DNA of 64,000 nt, taken from Candidatus Bathyarchaeum sp. (GTDB taxonomy: Archaea; Thermoproteota; Bathyarchaeia; Bathyarchaeales; Bathyarchaeaceae). This document shows, piece after piece, positions 37,770 through 45,911 of this stretch (within the stretch, counting starts at the first letter, position 1; each line of letters begins with the position of its first letter). The notes beneath the pieces are model-generated. The model worked only from the letters and a program-made list of their open reading frames with translations, made no database searches and was not told the DNA's origin. Location: contig JAOZIF010000137.1 of NCBI GenBank assembly GCA_026014495.1, positions 5,611 through 69,610 of the forward strand. The letters run 5' to 3'. Made by a program: the position numbers and the translations under genes.

Positions 37770-38926
37770 GATTTTGTCACTCCTGTTTGGTTAGTATCTG
37801 TTGGATGTAACGCAAGGGAACGATTACATAGAACGTCCAGTATTTTCTGCCATTTTTCAACATAGAATTTCGTGTCAAACTTTGAAGCTTCATTCACACA
37901 CGCGCTTCGCATATGCTGCGGATATGTTTCTTTCCACAAGTCTACAGCTATTTGTACAAGCTCATCGTCGGTTTGTGCAAGCCAACCTGTGCCTTTGTCA
38001 ATTACGTACTCCATAGGTCCCTGCAGATTGTATGTGAGCACGGGTGTTCCACAGGCCATGCTTTCTAGTGGCACATAACCAAAGGGTTCATGAGTGAACG
38101 GAAAAATTGTGAAAACAGCATTTGAGTATGCGTCCACGAGTTCTTCAGTAGAGATGTGTCCCAAAAAGTCGATGTTATGATGCCTTGTTATGCCCCTATG
38201 TAAATTTGGCAGCTTTGAGCCAAACGCCTTGACTTTGATGCCTTTGTCTGCTATCTTTTTTACGGTCGAAAATTTGGTTTCTTTTCCAAAATAGGTTAAA
38301 ATATAATCCGATGTTGGCTTTGATGTTGATGGAGTAAATATTTGGCAGTCAATTGGCGGACAAATAACATTAGAAACTCTTAGTCCAAGTTTTGAATACA
38401 TTGAAGCACAAAACTTTGAGTTTGCGATAGTTAATAATGAACTCTTGTTCATACGATTAATAAGTCGTTTATCTGCATAGTCTATGGCGGGTCTTAAGAA
38501 GTTGTAGGCAACCCTGAATCCTGCTGAAAGCTCGGCCTCTAAGTCTTTTAAGGCAATGTATGGAGGCCCCTGAAGATACCATGCTGACGCAGGTACAGAA
38601 ATCACCTGTGAAAAATTGATGGTTATCGAAGAATTGTTGTCGATGCTTCGTGAGTTCAGCTTCAAAAAGGCTTCTCGCGCCCAAGTCTCAAACCACAACA
38701 GGGATAATCCAAGGTTTTTGGAGAATAGTTTGGCGCGTAAGTTTATGGGCATGATGCTGTTTTGGTTGAGGTAGTCTTCAACGGTGTCGGACATCAGTGG
38801 TGAAATCATGGAGACTGTGCAGCCTCTTCTGGTTAGTTCTGTGGCTAGGCACATTGTTGGGCGGATTGAGCCCTCAAAGTCCATCATTACGTCGCAGACT
38901 AGAATGATATCCAATTTAGGTGTCAC
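37766..38926 (-). CDS. Family 4 (GT-B) glycosyltransferase; first gene of the 38.9->28.7 kb operon
   Basis: 'HEPFGYVPLESMACGTPVL'. GTG start. A TATA-like TTTATAAAATAAA (minus sense) lies upstream. Confidence 0.8.
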   Translation of the reverse strand: MTPKLDIILVCDVMMDFEGSIRPTMCLATELTRRGCTVSMISPLMSDTVEDYLNQNSIMPINLRAKLFSKNLGLSLLWFETWAREAFLKLNSRSIDNNSSITINFSQVISVPASAWYLQGPPYIALKDLEAELSAGFRVAYNFLRPAIDYADKRLINRMNKSSLLTIANSKFCASMYSKLGLRVSNVICPPIDCQIFTPSTSKPTSDYILTYFGKETKFSTVKKIADKGIKVKAFGSKLPNLHRGITRHHNIDFLGHISTEELVDAYSNAVFTIFPFTHEPFGYVPLESMACGTPVLTYNLQGPMEYVIDKGTGWLAQTDDELVQIAVDLWKETYPQHMRSACVNEASKFDTKFYVEKWQKILDVLCNRSLALHPTDTNQTGVTKS

Positions 38927-38958
38927 TTGAATTCATTATAAGCTGATTTATTTTATAA

Positions 38959-38981
38959 ATATACCGTCCATATACCGTAAA
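38959..38981. promoter_or_regulatory. Tandem operator-like sites ATATACCGTC / TATACCGTAAA abutting the TATA box of the glycosyltransferase operon
   Basis: The exact 10-mer is shared with 25209..25218 (opposite strand). The exact 11-mer is shared with 25580..25590. Confidence 0.5.
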
Positions 38982-39055
38982 TTCCATACTGATAAAAGAG
39001 AAAAAACCGATTTTCAAGCACAAAACACACCAAAAAACAAGCTCTGAACAAAAGA

Positions 39056-39162
39056 TGGCGGGCCCGCGGGGATTTGAACCCCGGGTCTCCGGCTTCGGAG
39101 GCTTACGCACCGCTCCACGAGAGGACGGTTCGGCGCCTTAATCCAGGCTGGGCTACGGGCCC
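39056..39162 (-). tRNA. Intron-containing tRNA, most likely tRNA-Arg(CCG); 28-nt intron (39103..39130) between tRNA positions 29/30
   Basis: Acceptor GGGCCCG/CGGGCCC, T-arm CGGGG-TTCAAAT-CCCCG, and encoded CCA. Removing 39103..39130 gives anticodon arm CCGGC-CTCCGAA-GCCGG. The pre-tRNA folds into a bulge(3)-helix(4 bp)-bulge(3) motif with both cuts after the 2nd bulge nucleotide. Confidence 0.8.
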
Positions 39163-39253
39163 ACTTTTTATTCATCAAGCCCTTTTGTATAACTTAAAGT
39201 TTTGTTGTGTCACTACTTTTTGGAAAAACGGGTTATGTAAACCAACAGTGAGG

Positions 39254-39754
39254 TTAGGTTTCAATCATGTCTTCTTTTATCCACCATGCTTTTCTTTTTT
39301 TAGCCCTTACTCCAGGATAGTATTCGATGATGGATTTTCCTAGTTGTTTTTTGGATGCTTTCTCAATTTTTCTAAGCCTATTGAGAACAAGCCAGCGGTT
39401 GGTTTCCAGAAATTCTGCGAGCTCGGTGGTTGTGGCGCCTCTGTGGTCTATGAGGCGGTTTATTAGTTTGGTGTCTGTGTCGTCGATACAAAAGATGTGG
39501 GGGTTTATTTTTCCTGTTTCGTGTGTGAGGATTTCTAGTTGGGCTAGTGTGTCTTTTATTTTGTTAACATCTTTTGTTAGTTTGTTTAGACTTTGTTCTA
39601 GTTGAAAGATTTTGTCTGGTCGTGGAGTTTTTTCGAGTTTTTCTAGTATGGCCTCTCTGATGAATGTGCTTCGTTCGCCTTCGGGGATTCGTAGTGCAAG
39701 TTCTTTGTATAGTTGGTCGGGTAGTTTTGCGGAAACAACTGTGTAGTTGGTCAT
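39254..39754 (-). CDS. RHH + winged-helix DNA-binding protein
   Basis: N-terminal RHH ('VVSAKLPDQLYKELALRIPEGERSTFIREAILEKL'), a coiled linker, and a C-terminal wHTH ('KLINRLIDHRGATTTELAEFLETNRWLVLNRLRKIE'). Confidence 0.55.
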   Translation of the reverse strand: MTNYTVVSAKLPDQLYKELALRIPEGERSTFIREAILEKLEKTPRPDKIFQLEQSLNKLTKDVNKIKDTLAQLEILTHETGKINPHIFCIDDTDTKLINRLIDHRGATTTELAEFLETNRWLVLNRLRKIEKASKKQLGKSIIEYYPGVRAKKRKAWWIKEDMIET

Positions 39755-39989
39755 AAAAGATTCCCATCCGAACAGTAAGTTAGGCAGATTAAGGCTAAAA
39801 GCGTTTAACCTACAAAATGGCTACTGCATCTCAAATGATGCTTTGTTTTTCTGAAAAAAGGTTGATTTCAACAATGAACCTCTATTAGTCTCCTAATATG
39901 GCGCTCTTTTTTTGGATACGATTTTTTCCTATACTAATTTAAGTTACACTTGACCCAGTGACGAGAGAACAACCTTTAGGTAATTTACA

Positions 39990-40940
39990 ATGAATGATAT
40001 TCCACCCACAGAGAAATCTGATTTCATCTCTAGATGCCTAGAACTCGGAATACTCTTAGAGGTTAGTGGCTACCCAAAACCTGGAAACGTTCACAGAACC
40101 GCAGACTTCAAGTCAACCACCTTTGAGCACTATCTTGCATCAGCAGTTGCAATAGCGCCATCATTTAGATGTGCTGCCAAACAAGGAATCAGGGTTTCAA
40201 ACGGAGAAATAGCTGCTGTAGATGTGGGCATTGGGAGTATAATCAAAGATGCTGTTAGCCGCATGCTAGGAAGCCAAAATGGCGGCAATACGCTGTTGGG
40301 TGCGATAATTATTCTTGCGCCCATAGCGGTTGCGGCGGGAATGGTTCGTAACAGTTTTTCTTTGCCGAAGCTCAGAAAAAACATCAAAGTAGTTGTTGAG
40401 TCGACAACTCCACAAGATGCCTTGGAACTTTATGATGCTATAGCTCTTGTTAATCCTGGGGGCTTAAACAAGTCTAAGGAACTGGATGTAACAGACCCTG
40501 CCTCAAAGAAGAAGATTATAGATGAAGGTGTAACCCTTTTGGATACCTTCAAGATTGCCAGCACATACGATTCCATAGCCTCTGAATGGGTAAACAATTA
40601 CCCAATCACTTTCGATTTGGGCTATCCATATTTTATTAAACAACTTAAAGAAACTGGAGACATTAACACAGCTACTGTTCATGTTTTCATGAAGATTCTC
40701 TCAGAAGTTCCTGACACATTTATCTCCAGAAAGGTCGGTCAATCTAAATCGGAAAGCATCTCAGCCGAAGCTAAAGAGGTCTTAAATGCAGGCGGCTTAA
40801 CCACGCCTTTGGGCAGAAACCTTCTCATGAAACTTGATAGCCAACTCAGAGACCCAGACAATAACCTAAGCCCCGGAACAACAGCGGACATAACAGAGGC
40901 AGTACTAGCCCTCAATAATCTAAACGGTTACAAACCTTAA
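39990..40940 (+). CDS. CitG/MdcB-family triphosphoribosyl-dephospho-CoA synthase-like protein
   Basis: 'EVSGYPKPGNVHR' and an all-helical ~300-aa layout typical of the archaeal CitG-like family. Confidence 0.65.
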   Translation: MNDIPPTEKSDFISRCLELGILLEVSGYPKPGNVHRTADFKSTTFEHYLASAVAIAPSFRCAAKQGIRVSNGEIAAVDVGIGSIIKDAVSRMLGSQNGGNTLLGAIIILAPIAVAAGMVRNSFSLPKLRKNIKVVVESTTPQDALELYDAIALVNPGGLNKSKELDVTDPASKKKIIDEGVTLLDTFKIASTYDSIASEWVNNYPITFDLGYPYFIKQLKETGDINTATVHVFMKILSEVPDTFISRKVGQSKSESISAEAKEVLNAGGLTTPLGRNLLMKLDSQLRDPDNNLSPGTTADITEAVLALNNLNGYKP

Positions 40941-42013
40941 ACTAGAGCATTTCTTCTTTTTGTTGCCTCAACCAATCCGATTGTGCCGCTCATCATCACG
41001 TCACCTGCTGGAGTTGCAAAATGAACTGGAAGATTTGTTTGTGCCAAAATCTTTCTGTTAGGTCCAGTAACAACAATCTTTTCGAGTCTACAGTAACCTG
41101 GAGGCTTTTTCAGATAGAACATGCCGTGCCCATTATCATCAAAAACTTGTTTATCGCTGAGTTTTCCATCCGCAAAATCAATTAAAGTTCTCTCCATCTT
41201 CTGCGGATTCAAAAGACGCGTATGATGCTCTAACACTGCAGTAACCTCTCCATCTGCAACTATCGCAGCCATGGTGTGCCCGTTACCTGCATTAACTACA
41301 AGAATAGGATCAGCATTCTTTACTGCTGGGTCCATCAAGCATCCAAGTATTGCATCTGGAGACGTATCCATGACCACTACTTGGACATCTTGTAGCTGTC
41401 GTTTTGAGGCTTGAACTGCTGACTTCATCCGTGGATAGTATTCTGGGATTTCGTTTTCCAAGTAAGCAAATGTTTCAGGTCTTGGATTTTTTTCCAGCCG
41501 CTCTCTTATTTTGTTGATGCGAAATTGTCTATTGCTCATTTCTTTAGGAAAAACACCGTGGTCCTGAACAGCGATGGCAACATAATCTATGTCCGAAAAA
41601 GGTTCATCAAAATGCTTCAATAGTTCGTGCAGTTTTTTGATGTTTACTTCTTCTAGAAATATTGTTTCGCCTTCAAAATTTGTTGGTTCACAATCTTGGA
41701 CAATTTCAATTCCTGTTTCCTTAACTTGATCTAAACTGTTTCTTACGGTATATGCAGCATTTTCTGTCATGAAGACTCTGAGTCCTGCTGCAACATGTTT
41801 TTTTAGGGCATGCGAAAGCGGTCCTCCGCCAATCGTGTCTCCTTTAACAAAAAGGTCATTGTATTGACTGGTTGCAGTTCTTACTTGTGATGCAAAAATT
41901 TGGCATGGAGATGGCAAAACCATCTTTATACAGTTCTCGACATTCGCCTTTTCATCATCATAAAGTAGGATGTCTTCTGTTCCAGCTCCTATGTCTAGTG
42001 CTAAAATCTTCAT
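40937..42013 (-). CDS. ASKHA (actin-fold) ATPase-like protein, DUF1786 family
   Basis: 'MKILALDIGAGTEDILLY' phosphate-1 motif, and a later 'VVNAGNGHT' motif. Confidence 0.55.
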   Translation of the reverse strand: MKILALDIGAGTEDILLYDDEKANVENCIKMVLPSPCQIFASQVRTATSQYNDLFVKGDTIGGGPLSHALKKHVAAGLRVFMTENAAYTVRNSLDQVKETGIEIVQDCEPTNFEGETIFLEEVNIKKLHELLKHFDEPFSDIDYVAIAVQDHGVFPKEMSNRQFRINKIRERLEKNPRPETFAYLENEIPEYYPRMKSAVQASKRQLQDVQVVVMDTSPDAILGCLMDPAVKNADPILVVNAGNGHTMAAIVADGEVTAVLEHHTRLLNPQKMERTLIDFADGKLSDKQVFDDNGHGMFYLKKPPGYCRLEKIVVTGPNRKILAQTNLPVHFATPAGDVMMSGTIGLVEATKRRNALV

Positions 42014-42150
42014 GCTTTGTTTCCTTCGTCAAGTTTGTTGAGCTAAAAATGTAACATGAATCTCATCTACTTTTCGATTAAACCTGCTGACTTTAGGCGC
42101 AATTTAAATCTAAGAATTCTACTATTTAGAACAAATAGGAAGAACCTGAC

Positions 42151-42870
42151 ATGTTTAACCGAGTCATAGTTGCTGTTGTTGGAAGCAGTAATTCCGGAAA
42201 AACCACGGCGGTAGAAGCCCTGATTCAGGGATTAACCAAAAACGGGTATACTGTAGCATCCGCAAAACGCATTCCTGAACCAGACTTCACCATAGATACA
42301 AAAGGAAAAGACACATGGAGACACGCCAATGCTGGAGCAAGCACTATCCTAAGCGTAGCACCCAATGAATTAACTACCATCAAAAAAGTTGTCACCAAAA
42401 AATATACTCTAGAACAGCTTATCGCGCAGTTCCCAGATGAACTAGACGTTATCATTATCGAAGGCTTCAAAGATTTAGTTGGACCTGACATGACCATACC
42501 CAAAGTAGTGGCAATCAAAACAGCCTCCGAAGCGTCAGAGGCTCTTAACCGCTACAAAAACATCATGGCTTTCATTACCCACAGTTCAGACCAAAAAATT
42601 GAAGCAGAATTTCCGATCATAAATGCTATGAAAGAACCAGAAAAACTTGTTGAGTTGGTAACCAAAAACATTGCAGTTCTGATAGAACGAAAACGACAGC
42701 GCAACGAAAAAATTACAATACAGGTAGACGAAAAAATCTTGCCTTTAGGCGAGTTTGTTCAAGACATTGTAAGAAACTCTGTTCTGGGTATGGTTGGAAG
42801 TTTAAAAGGCACAAAAATAGAAGGGGAAGAGAAGGTTTCGATTGTCATCAAAAAAATGACAAACGATTAG
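42151..42870 (+). CDS. MobB-like P-loop protein with ~80-aa C-terminal extension
   Basis: Walker A 'VVGSSNSGKTT', then 'DTKGKDTWRH' and 'IIIEGFK'. Confidence 0.65.
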   Translation: MFNRVIVAVVGSSNSGKTTAVEALIQGLTKNGYTVASAKRIPEPDFTIDTKGKDTWRHANAGASTILSVAPNELTTIKKVVTKKYTLEQLIAQFPDELDVIIIEGFKDLVGPDMTIPKVVAIKTASEASEALNRYKNIMAFITHSSDQKIEAEFPIINAMKEPEKLVELVTKNIAVLIERKRQRNEKITIQVDEKILPLGEFVQDIVRNSVLGMVGSLKGTKIEGEEKVSIVIKKMTND

Positions 42871-43015
42871 CAAACTCAAGTGGCACTTTGGGATTCAGAG
42901 AGAAAGCACTGTTATAGGGAGAAAGGAGTTTTTCTGTAATGCCAGAGGAATTGACATCTCTCTGAGCCTTTCCAAGACCACTTATCATGAGCTCACTTAA
43001 CCTCCCAGTTTCATT

Positions 43016-44218
43016 CTAGAGCGCTTTGAAGGCTTCAGACCATTCGTTATATGTCGAGATAACCCGTGGAGACACGCTGGGCTTTCTATCCGCTAAGATT
43101 CCTTTGAAGTCCGCAATAGACAAAGGTCTAGGTTTAGCATCTTTATCACTAGCTTTACCTGAATCAAACAGTTCTCCAATAACTCGTAGATGTGCAGATT
43201 GACAAATGTCACGTATGTCACTTCCAGAAAAACCAGCAGCTAACCTAGCAAACTCATCAAGGTCCATATCTGTCGACAGATTCAGGTGCTCAGTGTAAAG
43301 CTTTAGCAGGTGCAATCGAGCATCATAATCGGGCAAAGGAACCATTATCCGCTTTTGGAACCTACGTATAAACGGCCAGTCCAGAACCCAAGGCTTGTTA
43401 GTTGCTCCAATAACATACGCGTGGATGTTCTTACCCTTGTCCATGACTCCATCCATCTCTTTTAGGAACTGGTTACGAACTCGAGTTTCTCCACCCACCT
43501 CATTAGAATGCATACCAATCAGCGAATCCAACTCGTCAATGAACAGTATAGCAGGACGCCCATTACTCGCAGTATTTCGTGCCTGATTAAACAGTTTAGC
43601 CACATTCTTTTCCGCTTCACCTAACCACTTCGACATAATCGAAGCAGCATCAACAGAAACAAATGCCGCATCAATCTCTGTTGCAACAGCAGCCGCCATC
43701 AACGTCTTTCCACAGCCCGGAGGACCAAACAAAAGTATTCCCCGTGGCCAACCCAAAGGAAACAGGTCAGGTCTCTCAACGGGATAAACAATCGCTTCTT
43801 TGATGGCTTTTTTAGCAGTTTCTAGTCCAACAACTTGGTTCCACTTTACGTTGGGTTTCTCTTGGAGTACCAACTCGTCATAGCTTGCTTTTTCGTCAGT
43901 AGTTCCTGTTTCTGGCTGCTTATCTGCCATCTCAACAGTCCTTTCCGGCTGCGAATGACCATTACCATTAAACGGCTGAACTGGACCGCCTCCCTGCAAA
44001 GCCTTTATCCGTTCTTGATATGCTTGTGCACGCTGGATATACACTGAATTTAAGCCATAATTCGGGTATAATCTGACAAGTTTCAGCAGAGTTGAGATAC
44101 CTTTTTGGTACATTGTAATGGCCATCCCCTTTGACCCTTGTTTGTCAAGGCGGACGGCCTCCAAAGCGTATTTCGTTGCCGCTTGTTCAAGTTCTTGAGA
44201 CGCACTCATATGAATCAC
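43016..44218 (-). CDS. cdvC: Vps4/CdvC AAA+ ATPase (MIT domain + AAA)
   Basis: N-terminal MIT-like three-helix region, Walker A 'GPPGCGKT', and Walker B 'ILFIDELD'. The GTG start overlaps the TGA of the upstream CdvB gene (GTGA). Confidence 0.9.
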   Translation of the reverse strand: MIHMSASQELEQAATKYALEAVRLDKQGSKGMAITMYQKGISTLLKLVRLYPNYGLNSVYIQRAQAYQERIKALQGGGPVQPFNGNGHSQPERTVEMADKQPETGTTDEKASYDELVLQEKPNVKWNQVVGLETAKKAIKEAIVYPVERPDLFPLGWPRGILLFGPPGCGKTLMAAAVATEIDAAFVSVDAASIMSKWLGEAEKNVAKLFNQARNTASNGRPAILFIDELDSLIGMHSNEVGGETRVRNQFLKEMDGVMDKGKNIHAYVIGATNKPWVLDWPFIRRFQKRIMVPLPDYDARLHLLKLYTEHLNLSTDMDLDEFARLAAGFSGSDIRDICQSAHLRVIGELFDSGKASDKDAKPRPLSIADFKGILADRKPSVSPRVISTYNEWSEAFKAL

Positions 44219-45090
44219 GACGCAATCTTGATCTTTCCTTTTACGCCCAGACTTTCTAATGCCTTTTCAATCTCCCCACATGCAACTTGTAACTCAGTAG
44301 CGCATTGATCAATATCAAGGTCACCTGAACGCCGTTTTGCATAGTCTAAGACTGACTGCTCTAAGTCTTCATTGATTGTCAAAGCTACACGCTTCATTTC
44401 TGTTTCTTTAAATGATACAACTTTTTGGGAGATTCTAGGCTCAGAAATTTCTGAACAGGTCGCAGTGAGAGCAACCATCTGTCTCTTCTGTACTACTCTT
44501 TGTTGAGGTTGACGCTGAGGCGTTTGTATTACTGGAGAAGTTGGAGGTTCAGGAAGTTTTTCTGTTATTTGTTCTTCCAAAAACTCAGCGACTTCTGCGA
44601 GAACTTCTTCACCGCCTTCTGTTTTAACGTCCAACGGCACCTCAAGTTTTGAGGAGTCGATTTTGGACATGGTCATAACCTCGAATATGCTTTCGTTTAC
44701 CCTTTCCATTTCAACGGCCATCTGAGGCATAAATGAACTGAGGCTTTTTGTTACCGATTGAAGATTAGTAATAACTGGTTTCAAATCTGAAAACGCTGAA
44801 TTGAATTCTTTGAGTGTTTCTAGTCGCAGGATAGTTCGTTCTACTAGTATCTGAGTATGATAGATAACTTTGGTTAGTTTTCTGACTTCAGCAAGTTCAG
44901 TAGCAAATATTGCTGCGCGTTCCTTGTTTTTTGCTTGTAATGCTGTTGCACAAGTTGTGAAAAGAATTTTGTCTCTTCGGGTAAGTTTGACAATAACTTG
45001 GCCTAATTTATATTGTTGAGCCTTAAGTTTGGGTACTGCCTCAACAACTACCTTCTCAAATTGAGGAGAAGCACGGAAAGGGTTTTTGAT
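44215..45090 (-). CDS. cdvB: ESCRT-III / CdvB with C-terminal winged-helix-like domain; N-terminus extended beyond the ORF-track call
   Basis: The frame is open from 45108. The residues upstream of the tracked TTG (44784) read '...FEKVVVEAVPKLKAQQYKLGQVIVKLTRRDKILFTTCATALQAKNKERAAIFATELAEVRKLTKVIYHTQILVERTILRLETL', an obvious Snf7 alpha1-alpha2 hairpin paralogous to 45912..46565. No ATG/GTG/TTG is available, and the ATC at 45090 sits 7 nt after GTGAGGG. Confidence 0.7.
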   Translation of the reverse strand: MKNPFRASPQFEKVVVEAVPKLKAQQYKLGQVIVKLTRRDKILFTTCATALQAKNKERAAIFATELAEVRKLTKVIYHTQILVERTILRLETLKEFNSAFSDLKPVITNLQSVTKSLSSFMPQMAVEMERVNESIFEVMTMSKIDSSKLEVPLDVKTEGGEEVLAEVAEFLEEQITEKLPEPPTSPVIQTPQRQPQQRVVQKRQMVALTATCSEISEPRISQKVVSFKETEMKRVALTINEDLEQSVLDYAKRRSGDLDIDQCATELQVACGEIEKALESLGVKGKIKIAS

Positions 45091-45118
45091 GGATTGTCCC
45101 TCACAGACCTAAAAAAGG

Positions 45119-45865
45119 TTAGGAAGTTTGTTTGTTAGGGTTCCGCACATGGATAATTACTGGGGGTTCAGGAAGGTTTGCAGAAACAGGTGTAGTTACC
45201 TGTGGAGTTTCAGTTTCTTCGGGTGCTTTTGTTTGTGGGACTACAGGTGCTGGCGTAGTTTTCTCTCCAAGTAGCAAATTAGATAATTTGCTCTTCAAAA
45301 CTTCTAAGTCGCTTTTCTCTGCGTTGACTCCTTTTAAGCCCCACTGGATTATTTTCAAAGCTTTATCGTATGTTTCACCGTTTAATCTGCCAATTTCGCG
45401 TTCAATCTCCAAGTTTATCAAAGCTGAATGCAGTTCATGAATCTGTTTGTTGCAACGGTCAACTTCACTGTCTATTTCACTCACAAGTCCTTTGGCGTTA
45501 TCTTTTAGTTGATTTAGTGCGCCTTCAAAAGTTAGGTGTAAGTCATCATACATTTCTGGCGGAATCTTCTTCTTTTCCACAAGCTCATTTAGAGCCCTGT
45601 CTTTTCTCCAGATTAATGGAATTTCTTGACATAGAGAGTTAGCTTTCAGTTTGAGCGTCGGCGAGATAACTAGGTTTCCGTTATCCATTTTGATTTGATC
45701 ACTGGTGTAACTAAGGAACTCTCCGTCACCATGTTCGACAAAGATTCCATCTATCCGACCTGTGGGTGTTACCTTGAATGATGCCACTCGACCGATTTGT
45801 CTTCCATACTCATCCTTTATTTGATTGCCAACAAAAAGAAAGGGGTTGGAAATGGGTTTTGACAC
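45119..45865 (-). CDS. cdvA: CdvA (PRC-barrel + coiled coil + C-terminal tail)
   Basis: N-terminal PRC-barrel-like 'GRQIGRVASFKVTPTGRIDGIFVEHGDGEF', a central coiled coil, and a Pro-rich tail 'NLPEPPVIIHVRN'. GTG start behind AAGGAGGTGA. Confidence 0.8.
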   Translation of the reverse strand: MSKPISNPFLFVGNQIKDEYGRQIGRVASFKVTPTGRIDGIFVEHGDGEFLSYTSDQIKMDNGNLVISPTLKLKANSLCQEIPLIWRKDRALNELVEKKKIPPEMYDDLHLTFEGALNQLKDNAKGLVSEIDSEVDRCNKQIHELHSALINLEIEREIGRLNGETYDKALKIIQWGLKGVNAEKSDLEVLKSKLSNLLLGEKTTPAPVVPQTKAPEETETPQVTTPVSANLPEPPVIIHVRNPNKQTS

Positions 45866-45911
45866 AGTGTCACCTCCTTATTCTACGTGAACAGCTATGT
45901 TTACTGCAGAG

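Noticed and set aside
39056-39162. A canonical 37/38 intron position, or other anticodons, for the intron-containing tRNA.
   Set aside because: No 5-bp anticodon stem can be formed with a 37/38 intron: the CCGAA following position 26 has no partner. Only the 29/30 solution gives a perfect stem, a consensus loop and a BHB with symmetric cut sites.
38916-39343. ORFs 38916..39110 (-) and 39074..39343 (+).
   Set aside because: Both run through the GC-rich tRNA gene 39056..39162. Their 'proteins' are translations of tRNA and promoter DNA.
42895-42935. AGAGAGAAAGCACTG...GGGAGAAAGGAG downstream of the MobB-like gene as a further copy of the 60-nt repeat.
   Set aside because: It shares only an 8-mer (AGAGAAAG), which is too weak to call.
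44785-45108. Treating the region upstream of the tracked CdvB start as a separate gene or a frameshifted pseudogene.
   Set aside because: Codon-by-codon translation shows one continuous open frame into 44784 with uninterrupted ESCRT-III homology. Only the start codon is missing.
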